A stretch of 55,849 nucleotides of DNA from Thermoplasmata archaeon (GTDB lineage: Archaea; Thermoplasmatota; Thermoplasmata; RBG-16-68-12), in NCBI GenBank assembly GCA_035299725.1, contig DATGWB010000004.1, positions 1 to 55,849 on the forward strand, written 5' to 3'. Below the pieces are notes generated by a model. The model had not been told where the DNA came from, made no database searches, and saw only the letters and a list, made by a program, of their open reading frames with translations. This document shows, in pieces, positions 25,098 through 33,740 of this stretch. Each line of letters starts with the position of its first letter. Position 1 is the stretch's first letter. The position numbers and the translations under genes are program-made.

Positions 25098-25862
25098 ATG
25101 ATTGACGAGCGCCGTCTCCGCATCCTGGAGACGCAGGTCGACGCCCTCCGGACCAAAGAGAAGGATTCGGAGAGCCGCAAGACGTACGACGAGGTCTTCG
25201 ACCACGCCGCTCTCTTGACGATCGCCGACCTCATCACGGACGGGGTCATCTCGACCTTGGACTATCCTGTGAGCACCGGCAAGGAGGCGAACGTGTTCCA
25301 CGCGACCGGACCCGACGGCCGCGCGAAAGCCGTGAAGATCTACCGCATCGCGAACGCAACCTTTCGAAACATCGCCGTGTACATCGACGGGGATCCGCGT
25401 TTCAAGCGGGTCAAGCGGGCGATCCGCCCAACCCTGTTTGCGTGGGCGCAGAAGGAGTACAAGAACCTCGTCCGGATGGAAGACGCCGGCGTTCGCGTGC
25501 CGACGCCGGAGCGGGTCCACAACAACGTCCTCGTGATGGAGTACATCGGCGACGAGACTCAGCCCGCGCCCGCCCTTCGCGAGGTCCGGTTGGACGATCC
25601 CGCCGCGGTCTACGCGGACGTTGTGGCGAACCTGCAGGCGATTCGGAAAGCCGAACTCGTGCACGCGGACATGAGCGAGTACAACCTGCTCTGGTGGGGA
25701 GGGCGGGTCGTCGTCATCGATGTGGGGCAAGCCGTGACCCTCGACCATCCCCGGGCGTCGGAATGGTTCAAGCGCGACGTCGGGAACATCGCGCGGTTCT
25801 TCCGGCGACTCCGGGTGAATGTGACGGCGGCCGGCCTGGAGCGAGCGATCCTCGGAGGGTGA
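25098..25862 (+). CDS. rio1: RIO1-type serine protein kinase
   Basis: STGKEANVF, AVKIYR, REYRNL-like KEYKNL, LVMEYIG, the catalytic LVHADMSEYNLL and IDVGQAV are present. Confidence 0.92.
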   Translation: MIDERRLRILETQVDALRTKEKDSESRKTYDEVFDHAALLTIADLITDGVISTLDYPVSTGKEANVFHATGPDGRAKAVKIYRIANATFRNIAVYIDGDPRFKRVKRAIRPTLFAWAQKEYKNLVRMEDAGVRVPTPERVHNNVLVMEYIGDETQPAPALREVRLDDPAAVYADVVANLQAIRKAELVHADMSEYNLLWWGGRVVVIDVGQAVTLDHPRASEWFKRDVGNIARFFRRLRVNVTAAGLERAILGG

Positions 25863-25863
25863 G

Positions 25864-26400
25864 ATGCTCTACGCTCGGATCTCGGAGGAGCGGATCGGCG
25901 TCCTGATCGGGCCCGAGGGGACGACGAAGGAACGCTTGCAGAAGGCGACGGGAACGCGGATCTCGGTGGACTCGACGTCGGGCGAGGTCACGATTGACGA
26001 GACGGAAGCGCAAGACCCGGTCCTCGCGCTCAAGGCGAAGGACGTCATCCAAGCGATGGCCCGCGGCTTCTCCGAGGATCGGGCCTTCCGTCTCTTAGAC
26101 GAGGACGCATACTTCGAGGTCCTCGACATCAAAGACTTCGCACACTCGAAGAACCGCGTCGCGCAGATCCGGGCGCGCCTCATCGGCACCCGGGGGAAGA
26201 CGCGCCGGCTGATCGAGGAGCTCACGGGCGTCGAGGTCAGCGTGTGGGGCCACACGGTCGCCTTGATCGGCGGGACGTTCGAGATGGCCATCGCCCGCGA
26301 GGCGGTGTTCATGCTGCTCCGTGGGAGCGAACACAAGACGGTGTACCGGTTCCTCGAACGAAAGCGGGCGGACCTCAAAGTGTACCAGATGGGCTTCTGA
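25864..26400 (+). CDS. KH-domain RNA-binding protein (archaeal Dim2/Pno1-like)
   Basis: Two KH modules are present (IGVLIGPEGTTKERL and LIGTRGKTRRLIEELTG). Its position after aIF1A-Rio1 is the conserved archaeal arrangement. Confidence 0.85.
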   Translation: MLYARISEERIGVLIGPEGTTKERLQKATGTRISVDSTSGEVTIDETEAQDPVLALKAKDVIQAMARGFSEDRAFRLLDEDAYFEVLDIKDFAHSKNRVAQIRARLIGTRGKTRRLIEELTGVEVSVWGHTVALIGGTFEMAIAREAVFMLLRGSEHKTVYRFLERKRADLKVYQMGF

Positions 26401-26452
26401 ACGGTCCGGCGGCACACCGCATCGGTTGCAATCCATGCGGCTCCGAAGATTG

Positions 26453-26458
26453 TTATAT
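26453..26458 (+). promoter_or_regulatory. putative TATA box upstream of ppdK
   Basis: TTATAT lies about 21-22 nt upstream of ATG 26477. This spacing fits a leaderless transcript starting at or near that ATG. Confidence 0.35.
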
Positions 26459-26531
26459 CAGCTCCGGACTACCACGATGGGGATCCGGCCTGGCGAAGCA
26501 TGTTTACGGGTTCGAGGAGGGGAACGCCTCC

Positions 26532-29387
26532 ATGCGGGACCTCCTCGGCGGCAAGGGCGCGGGCCTCGCGGAAATGACCCGTCTCGGCCTTCCCGTCCCG
26601 CCCGGTTTCACGATCACGACGAAAGCCTGCAATGCCTTCGCACGGACGGGCCGCTTCCCGCCGGGGATGTGGAAGCAGGTTGAGGAGGCGCTGTCCACCG
26701 TCGAGGCGAAAGGTGGCCGAAAATTCGGGGATCCCGGGAACCCGCTGCTCGTCTCCGTCCGTTCCGGCGCGAAGCTCTCGATGCCCGGGATGATGGACAC
26801 CGTCCTGAACCTCGGCCTCAACGATACGACCGTCGAGGCCCTCGCTCAGACCGCAAATGAACGGTTCGCGTGGGACGTGTACCGACGACTCATCGCGATG
26901 TTCGGCCGAATCGTCAAGGACGTGGATGCCCGCCGCTTCGAGACCGTCTTGGAGCGCCACAAGGAAAGGGCCGCTGCCAAGAAGGACACCGACCTCGGCG
27001 CCCCGGATCTCAAGGCGATTGTCGCGGAATTCAAAGCGCTCTACCGGCAGGAGGTCGGGGAAGACTTTCCGCAGGACCCGATGCATCAACTGCGAGAGTC
27101 GGTCGCAGCGGTCTTCCGATCGTGGAACGGCAAGCGGGCGGTGGACTATCGGACCTTCAACAAGATCCCGCACGACCTGGGCACCGCCGCGAACGTCCAG
27201 ATGATGGTCTTCGGGAACATGGGAGCCGATTCAGGTACCGGCGTGGCGTTCACACGGAATCAGGTGACGGGGGCGAAAGAGTTGTACGGGGAGTATCTCC
27301 CGAACGCCCAGGGAGAGGATGTCGTGGCCGGCACGCGCACTCCGTTGAAAATCGCGGCGCTCCGGGGAGACGCTCCCGAGCTGTATTCGAACCTGGCGCA
27401 GGTCGCGGACCGTCTCGAGAAGCACTTCCGGGAAGCGCAGGACATCGAGTTCACGGTCGAGCGGGGCGCGCTGTGGATGCTCCAGACCCGGGCGGCCAAG
27501 CCCCCGGCACGGGCGACCGTGCGCATCGCCCTGGACATGGTCCGCGAGGGGCTCATCACGAAGGACGAGGCGCTCCTGCGAGTTGAGCCGGACCACGTGA
27601 TCCATCTGCTCCTCCCGCAGTTCGACGACAAGGCGAAGTCGGAAGCGAAACGATCCGGGCGGTTCCTCGCCAAAGGGCTGAACGCGTCTCCGGGCGCCGC
27701 GATGGGGACCGTCGTCTTCGATCCGGACGAGGCCGAGAAGCTGGGTCGGGACGAACGGAAGCCCGTGATCCTGGTCCGGGTCGAGACATCGCCCGACGAC
27801 GTGCACGGGGTCTTGCATTCCAAAGGGGTCCTGACGGCCCGGGGAGGCGCGACGAGCCACGCGGCAGTCGTCACGCGCGGTCTCGGGATCCCCTGCGTCG
27901 CCGGCTGCGAGGCGATCCAGGTCGACTACGACGCGGCCGAGTTCCGCGTCGGCGACAAGGTGGTCCGGCGGGGTGACAGTCTCTCGATTGACGGGGGCAC
28001 AGGAGAGGTCTTCGCGGGATCGATTCGGACGATCGAGCCGGATTTCGATCGGGAGGTCGACCTCCAGAATCTGTTGGCCTGGGCGGACGAGGTGCGGAGC
28101 CTCCAGGTGTGGGCTAACGCGGACTATCCGCGGGACGCTGTGCGCGCTCGCAAGTTCGGCGCCCAGGGAATCGGGCTCGACCGGACGGAACACATGTTCA
28201 TGGAGACGGATCGGCTCCCGATCGTCCATGAGATGATCCTCGCGGCGCCCGAGTACCGAAAGGTCAAACGGCAGCGCGAGGCGGCCGCCAAGCAACTCGA
28301 GGCGGCCACGAACGACCGTCGTCGAGATCTCGAACGCCAGATCGCCGAAATGGACTCCCACCTCGAGGACCTCTCCCGGCGGTACATCGGATCGTTGGAG
28401 CACCTCGGTCGGATGCAGCGGGAAGACTTCGCGGGGATCTTGCGGGAGATGGCCGGGCTCCCGGTCATCATCCGGCTCATCGACCCGCCGCTCCACGAAT
28501 TCCTGCCGCGATATGAGACGCTGCTCGTCCAGGTGACCAAATTGAGGATTGCGCGCGAAGATCCGGACGCGTTCATTCGGGCCGCGACCTCCGAAGAGGA
28601 TCGCGCGCTCATCGCCGAGGTCCGCAAGGCCGGTTCCGATGTTGCGACCGGGATCGAAGCCCTCCTGCCGCGGAAGGAACGCCTCCTCGAGGCGGTCAAA
28701 GGTTCCCGCGAGACGAACCCAATGCTGGGCCTCCGAGGCTGTCGCCTCGGGATCATGTTCCCCGAGATTACCGAGATGCAGGTCCGCGCCATCTTCGAAG
28801 CGGCGTGCCGGCTCAAGAAAGAAGGCGTCGATGTCCGCCCGGAGATCATGATTCCGTTGGTGGGCTTGCCCGAGGAACTGCGGATCGAACGACACGCGCT
28901 CGAGAAGGAGGCGAAGAGCGTCATGGACCGGGAGGGGATCTCCGTGGACTACAAGTTCGGCACGATGATCGAGATCCCGAGGGCCGCGCTCGTCGCCGAC
29001 GAAATCGCCCGCCACGCCGAATTCTTCTCGTTCGGGACGAACGACCTCACCCAGACGACGATGGGATACAGCCGGGATGACGCGGAGCCGAAGTTCCTCT
29101 TGGATTACATCGAGCAGGGGATTCTGCCGCGCAACCCGTTCCAGACGATCGACCGCGAGGGAGTCGGTCAGCTCATGCGGATGTGCGTCCAAAAGGGTCG
29201 CAAGGTTCGGCGGAATCTCGAGGTCGGCATTTGCGGCGAACATGGAGGCGACCCCGTGAGCATCGAGTTCTGCCACGAAATCGGACTGAACTACGTGTCC
29301 TGCTCACCGTTCCGAGTCCCGGTCGCCCGGCTTGCGGCGGCCCACGCGAAACTACGCCAGGGAACCACCCGGGCCAAGGACACCTGA
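26532..29387 (+). CDS. ppdK: pyruvate, phosphate dikinase
   Basis: LLGGKGAGLAEM, SVRSGA..SMPGMMDT.LNLG, the phosphohistidine region GGATSHAAVV.RG, and NPMLG.RGCRL / FFSFGTNDLTQ are present. Coordinates start at the first canonical in-frame ATG. Conserved N-terminal residues (AKHVYGFEEG) extend upstream to about 26490 (see finding). Confidence 0.92.
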   Translation: MRDLLGGKGAGLAEMTRLGLPVPPGFTITTKACNAFARTGRFPPGMWKQVEEALSTVEAKGGRKFGDPGNPLLVSVRSGAKLSMPGMMDTVLNLGLNDTTVEALAQTANERFAWDVYRRLIAMFGRIVKDVDARRFETVLERHKERAAAKKDTDLGAPDLKAIVAEFKALYRQEVGEDFPQDPMHQLRESVAAVFRSWNGKRAVDYRTFNKIPHDLGTAANVQMMVFGNMGADSGTGVAFTRNQVTGAKELYGEYLPNAQGEDVVAGTRTPLKIAALRGDAPELYSNLAQVADRLEKHFREAQDIEFTVERGALWMLQTRAAKPPARATVRIALDMVREGLITKDEALLRVEPDHVIHLLLPQFDDKAKSEAKRSGRFLAKGLNASPGAAMGTVVFDPDEAEKLGRDERKPVILVRVETSPDDVHGVLHSKGVLTARGGATSHAAVVTRGLGIPCVAGCEAIQVDYDAAEFRVGDKVVRRGDSLSIDGGTGEVFAGSIRTIEPDFDREVDLQNLLAWADEVRSLQVWANADYPRDAVRARKFGAQGIGLDRTEHMFMETDRLPIVHEMILAAPEYRKVKRQREAAAKQLEAATNDRRRDLERQIAEMDSHLEDLSRRYIGSLEHLGRMQREDFAGILREMAGLPVIIRLIDPPLHEFLPRYETLLVQVTKLRIAREDPDAFIRAATSEEDRALIAEVRKAGSDVATGIEALLPRKERLLEAVKGSRETNPMLGLRGCRLGIMFPEITEMQVRAIFEAACRLKKEGVDVRPEIMIPLVGLPEELRIERHALEKEAKSVMDREGISVDYKFGTMIEIPRAALVADEIARHAEFFSFGTNDLTQTTMGYSRDDAEPKFLLDYIEQGILPRNPFQTIDREGVGQLMRMCVQKGRKVRRNLEVGICGEHGGDPVSIEFCHEIGLNYVSCSPFRVPVARLAAAHAKLRQGTTRAKDT

Positions 29388-29399
29388 CCGAGGACGCGC

Positions 29400-30173
29400 A
29401 TGGCGGACCTCTCGAGTTCCCCCTATTTTCTCCTCATCCTGTTCATCGCGGCCTTCGCGTTGCCGCTGGTCTACCTCATTTGGATCCGGAACTCTCCGCG
29501 CTACGGGCGCGAGCCTTGGCCGACCGTTTTGAAGACCTTTGCATGGGGCGCCGTGTTCAGCGTCATCATCGCGATCATCCTGAGTGTCTTGTTCATCCTC
29601 GTCCTCAGCTCAAGCCAGTCTCTGAACGATTTCTTCGCGCGGCGTTTCCAGGACCCGAGCACGGCAATCGGGGCGCTCGTCGTCGCACCGATCGTGGAAG
29701 AAGCCGCGAAAGGGGTCGGAGCGACCGCGGGCCGTCGGCAGACGCAATCGAAGACCGACGGCCTCGTCTACGGCGCCGCCGCGGGCCTGGGGTTTTCCGC
29801 GACCGAGAATCTGGTCTACGCACTCGCGGCCCTTCTCGTCCCGGGCGTCGGGCCCTCCGGCTCGCTCGTCGTGGTCGCGGTTCGGTCTTTCTCCTCGACA
29901 TTTCTCCATGCGAGCTCGACCGCGGTGATGGGTTACGGGCTGGCCAAGTCCTGGCTCTCCGGCCGCCCATGGGCCGTCTTCCCGTTCTACCTCGTCGCGG
30001 TCGCAATGCATGCGGCGTTCAATCTCTTCTCGACCTTGGCCGATGACGCGGCCCGCGCCAATAATGCCGCGGGCTCGGCAATCGCGTTCCTGGCTGCGGT
30101 CAGTCTGGCGATCGTCGCTATGTCCGTGGTTCGACTGAAGCTCGTCAGCCGGCGGTCCCCGACCGCTCGATAG
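29400..30173 (+). CDS. PrsW-family intramembrane metalloprotease
   Basis: Polytopic protein with APIVEEAAKG (EExxK), GLGFSATEN, FLHASSTAVMGYG and AMHAAFN motifs. Confidence 0.75.
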   Translation: MADLSSSPYFLLILFIAAFALPLVYLIWIRNSPRYGREPWPTVLKTFAWGAVFSVIIAIILSVLFILVLSSSQSLNDFFARRFQDPSTAIGALVVAPIVEEAAKGVGATAGRRQTQSKTDGLVYGAAAGLGFSATENLVYALAALLVPGVGPSGSLVVVAVRSFSSTFLHASSTAVMGYGLAKSWLSGRPWAVFPFYLVAVAMHAAFNLFSTLADDAARANNAAGSAIAFLAAVSLAIVAMSVVRLKLVSRRSPTAR

Positions 30174-30226
30174 CCCATATCGCCGCGCGAAATGTTATGT
30201 ACGCGGGACCGCGTGCACGAGGGCAC

Positions 30227-30697
30227 ATGCGTTTTCGTTTCGACATGCCAGGGGAAACCTACTCGAAGAACAAGGAGTCCTTCAAACGAATTCTCGCAAG
30301 GCACGGCCTCCGCTGGCGCGGCAGCCTGGATCGTCCTTTCTGGGCGAGCGGGAGCGAACGGGTGACGGCGGTCTTCGATCGGGACCAGGAGAAAGATGTC
30401 CTTCGCGGCGCGACCCTCCTCTGGGAAAGCGCGAAGAAGTCGACCCTCTTGGAGGACCTCAAGGCCTGGGCGTGGGAGGTCGGAGCAAAGGCCGTGGAGG
30501 ATCGATCTCCCTCCGCGGAAGAAGTCACGGACGAGGTCGAACAGGCCCTTCGGTACTGGGACATCGTATGGAAGCCGAACGTGGACTTGCTCCGGGCGCA
30601 AGGTCGACCGAACACGTGGATCGAAGCGGACGTGAAGCGGTGGAAGCGGCAGCGACAGGAGCGACGCCGCGAGCTCATGGGACAGGCCACTGACTAG
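30227..30697 (+). CDS. hypothetical protein
   Basis: 156-aa Trp/charge-rich ORF from ATG 30227 (the track ORF starts at 30197). Codon bias looks coding. No recognisable motif. Confidence 0.55.
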   Translation: MRFRFDMPGETYSKNKESFKRILARHGLRWRGSLDRPFWASGSERVTAVFDRDQEKDVLRGATLLWESAKKSTLLEDLKAWAWEVGAKAVEDRSPSAEEVTDEVEQALRYWDIVWKPNVDLLRAQGRPNTWIEADVKRWKRQRQERRRELMGQATD

Positions 30698-30900
30698 ACC
30701 ACGATCTTCGAATGGATTTCGAGCGAATCGTAACAGTCGAAACAGTAACCTTGGCGGCGGTCATCCGGCAGGACGACGATTCGCACGTGACACTTCCGAC
30801 AACGTGCTTCGCGGTCGCCACCGTCGGAAAGTCTGCGCATATCCGGATGGATCTTCCATGAAATCGTACCCGCCCCCGAGGCGTCGGCCGCCCGGGCCAC
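30694..30900 (-). CDS. small zinc-ribbon protein (CxxC...CxxC), unknown function
   Basis: C-terminal CRKCHVRIVVLPDDRRQGYCFDCY is present. I start at GTG 30898-30900, about 20 nt downstream of a minus-strand TTTTTATAGAG element. The track ORF extends to 30993 and contains a degenerate repeat (CPVRIVVP). Confidence 0.4.
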   Translation of the reverse strand: MARAADASGAGTISWKIHPDMRRLSDGGDREARCRKCHVRIVVLPDDRRQGYCFDCYDSLEIHSKIVV

Positions 30901-30993
30901 GGAGCCGCCGGACTCTATAAAAACGTTGTGCGGGACCACAATTCGGACGGGACAACGGCGGTTTAATGTGCCGCGCGTTCGTTGTCGTCGCAC

Positions 30994-31608
30994 GTGCTCA
31001 ACGGGTTCGTGACTTTCGAGGGCATCGACGGTTCAGGGAAGACGACGGTGAGTCGCCTCGTCGCGAAATCCCTCCGGGCGCAAGGACACCGCGTGTATCT
31101 GACGAGCGAGCCCACAAGGACGTGGCTCGGCGAGGCGGTGCGCCACGCATTTGACGGCGAGGTCGGCGCCGTCGCAGAATCCTTCCTGTTCCTCGCCGAT
31201 CGCGCGGCCCATCTGACGGAAATCCAATCCCATCTCGAGAAGCGGGAGCTGGTCCTGTGCGATCGATACGCGGATTCGACGTACGCATATCAAGGGGCGC
31301 GTCTCGAAGGTCTCGTGGATGATCCGATCCGATTCCTGCAGCGGGCGAGCGAATCGTGGATGCTCCCTCCGGACCTGACAATTCTTCTACGGGTTCCCGC
31401 CGAGTTGGCGCGGAAGCGCATCGAAGGTCGGTCGAATCTCGTTCGGTTTGAAGACCTCTCGTTCCTCAAGAAAGTCGCCGCGAATTACGAACGTCTCGCG
31501 CGGTCTCGTCGATTCGTCGTCCTCGATGGCACTCGAGGTGCGGAGACGGTCAGTCTCGACGCGATCTCCGCGATTCAGAAACGTCTTACGCGGCCGCGGA
31601 AGCGCTGA
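30994..31608 (+). CDS. tmk: thymidylate kinase
   Basis: FVTFEGIDGSGKTT P-loop, DRY motif (CDRYADSTYAYQG) and a lid region are present. I prefer GTG 30994 from the usual spacing before FEG; TTG 30982 is the alternative. Confidence 0.9.
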   Translation: MLNGFVTFEGIDGSGKTTVSRLVAKSLRAQGHRVYLTSEPTRTWLGEAVRHAFDGEVGAVAESFLFLADRAAHLTEIQSHLEKRELVLCDRYADSTYAYQGARLEGLVDDPIRFLQRASESWMLPPDLTILLRVPAELARKRIEGRSNLVRFEDLSFLKKVAANYERLARSRRFVVLDGTRGAETVSLDAISAIQKRLTRPRKR

Positions 31609-31903
31609 TCGAGCGCTTGGAATCCAGTTCAGTCCGCAGAAGGAATGCTCGGGCGAACACTTTGGCGGTTTCGAGATCTCCACGTTGAAGTTGCAACAGA
31701 AATGCTCTCCCAAACACGACCTGAAGAGAAGCGTCCGGTCCGGGGCGAACCATGGGTGAGACCGATTGCCCGGATAGCGGCTTGAAAACCCCGCTCAAGA
31801 ATATCATTCGCGATTTTTATCGTCTCATGACGCAGGTCTATCTTCCGTGGACAAAGATATTTAACGGCACGCCGGATTATCGCGCAACGCATGGGATGCA
31901 CGG

Positions 31904-33394
31904 ATGGATTCCGCCGCTCATTCTAAGTCCTCCTCCCACCACGGCGACGGATTTGTTGGCGTCATCTACGGCGATGTAGGCACGACGTCTTTCCGCTGCT
32001 CGGTCGTCGAGGCGGTGGAACGGCACGACTTCGTCCAGGTGTCCCACGAGACCTGCGGCCACGTGCTCGGCCGGGTCGACGAGATCGAGCGGAAGACGGA
32101 CTTATCGCTCGACCGCGCCCAACTCATCGGGGATGGCGATCCCGTCGACGTCGAGGAACGGGTCTCGGCCCAGGTCAGCGTGATCGGGTATCGCGACGAT
32201 CGGGGGCTGCTGCAAGTCCCCCGCACCCCGTTTCGAGCGGGCGAACCGGTGTACAAGGCCGAGACGTCCACGATTCAGGATGTCATCGGGCTGGAGGAGG
32301 ACAAGAAGCACGGGGCCTATGTCGGCCTCTTGGCGGGACACAACGTGCCGGTCTACCTCGACATCAACGCGATGGTCCAGAAGCACGTGTCGATCTTGGC
32401 GAAGACGGGGGGCGGCAAGTCCTACGTCGCCGGAGTCTTGATCGAGGAGTTGATGAAGCATCACGTGACGTGCGTGATTCTCGATCCGCACGGCGAATAC
32501 GCGTCCCTGAAGGAGAAGGGGAAGCACGGGGAGGGCTCCGGTCGCTTCCACGTCGAGCCCCGCGCCTACGCCGACATCATCCAGGTGTTCTCCCCGGACA
32601 CGAAGATCAATCCCGGGAGCCGCCCGCTCAAGTTCACGTTGAGCAACCTCGATGCGAGGGACATCCTGTCGCTCACCGGGTCCGCGAAGGTCCGGACGCA
32701 CCTCACCGCGCTCCGAAAGGCCCTCGATCTGCTCCGCCAAGCGACGAAGGATTACACGATCCGAGATATCATCCGCGTCTTGGAGCGGGAAGAAGACCCT
32801 CAGAATGCGTCGTTGATCGACGAGTTGGAATATCTGAGCGAGGTCGAGATCTTCGCGAAGGAAGGCACGCGGATCGACGAACTCGTGATCAAGAGCAAGA
32901 CGACGATCATCAATCTGAAAGGTGTCCCTCCGGACATCCAGGAACTCGTCGTGAACCGCCTCGCGACGGCGATGTTCGAGCTGCGGAAGGTCGGACGGAT
33001 CCCGCCAATGATGCTCGTCGTCGAGGAGTCCCACAACTTCTGTCCTCAGGTCGGCCAGGCGGCGTCGTCGAAGGTATTCCGAACGCTCGCCTCGGAAGGC
33101 CGGAAGTTCGGTCTCGGGCTCGTCGTCATCACGCAGCGGGCCGCGAAGGTCGACAAGAACGTCCTGAGCCAGTGCAACACGCAAATCATCCTGAAAGTCA
33201 CGAACCCGAACGACCTGAAGGCGATCATCGCGAGCGTCGAGGGGCTGACGACCGCGATGGCCGAGGAAATCTCCCGCCTCCCGATCGGCGTGGCGATCAT
33301 GACGGGCGGCGGGCTCCAGATGCCGCTCATGGTCGAAGTGCGTCCGCGGGAAACCCGTCACGGTGGAGAGAGCGTCAAGGTCATCGAGGATTGA
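31904..33394 (+). CDS. HerA/FtsK-like ATPase (DUF87, COG0433-type) with N-terminal HAS-barrel
   Basis: An N-terminal barrel-like segment (GVIYGDVGTTSFRCSVV...VQV...GHVLGRVDEI), Walker A AKTGGGKSY, Walker B MLVVEESHNF and GLGLVVITQRA are present. Confidence 0.85.
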   Translation: MDSAAHSKSSSHHGDGFVGVIYGDVGTTSFRCSVVEAVERHDFVQVSHETCGHVLGRVDEIERKTDLSLDRAQLIGDGDPVDVEERVSAQVSVIGYRDDRGLLQVPRTPFRAGEPVYKAETSTIQDVIGLEEDKKHGAYVGLLAGHNVPVYLDINAMVQKHVSILAKTGGGKSYVAGVLIEELMKHHVTCVILDPHGEYASLKEKGKHGEGSGRFHVEPRAYADIIQVFSPDTKINPGSRPLKFTLSNLDARDILSLTGSAKVRTHLTALRKALDLLRQATKDYTIRDIIRVLEREEDPQNASLIDELEYLSEVEIFAKEGTRIDELVIKSKTTIINLKGVPPDIQELVVNRLATAMFELRKVGRIPPMMLVVEESHNFCPQVGQAASSKVFRTLASEGRKFGLGLVVITQRAAKVDKNVLSQCNTQIILKVTNPNDLKAIIASVEGLTTAMAEEISRLPIGVAIMTGGGLQMPLMVEVRPRETRHGGESVKVIED

Positions 33395-33455
33395 CCGACG
33401 CGGGCCCGCAGACAGGGAGCGGGAAAGGTTTTAGCATCGCGCCCGATGGACGAGC

Positions 33456-33740
33456 GTGGATCTTCGCGCGATGGTCGACAAGGATGTCAGCCTCACGGAG
33501 AGGGCACTCGCGAAGGTCAAGCTAGCCCCGCCTCCGCGCTCCCACCTCCGGAAGGTGGCGGAGGACTTCCTCGGAATGGCCCGCGCCTACTTCGAGGACG
33601 CGAAACATTTCCGCGAACGAGGCGAACTTGAGAAGGCCCTGGCGAACGTGAATTACGCCCACGGGTGGCTCGATGCCGGCGCGCGAGTCGGACTCTTCGA
33701 TGTCGGCGGGGACGACCAGCTCTTCACTTTGAGCAAGTGA
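33456..33740 (+). CDS. DUF357-family small protein
   Basis: 94 aa. A.Y..DA..F...GE...AL....YAHGWLDAGARVGL is the pattern I associate with archaeal DUF357. An alternative ATG lies at 33471. Confidence 0.65.
   Translation: MDLRAMVDKDVSLTERALAKVKLAPPPRSHLRKVAEDFLGMARAYFEDAKHFRERGELEKALANVNYAHGWLDAGARVGLFDVGGDDQLFTLSK

Noticed and set aside
26490-26492. Non-canonical initiation codons: CTG for ppdK at 26490, and ACG for the methyltransferase at 17003.
   Set aside because: Archaeal initiation is essentially AUG/GUG/UUG, and leaderless mRNAs strongly prefer AUG. Both loci have a well-placed ATG one frame away. A 1-nt frame problem is therefore more parsimonious.
31629-31979. ORFs inside the low-GC spacer: 31629-31901 (-) 90 aa, 31752-31979 (+) 75 aa, 31586-31807 (-) 73 aa.
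   Set aside because: Their third codon positions are A/T-rich, opposite to the genome-wide bias. They overlap each other and the HerA start, and they carry no motifs.
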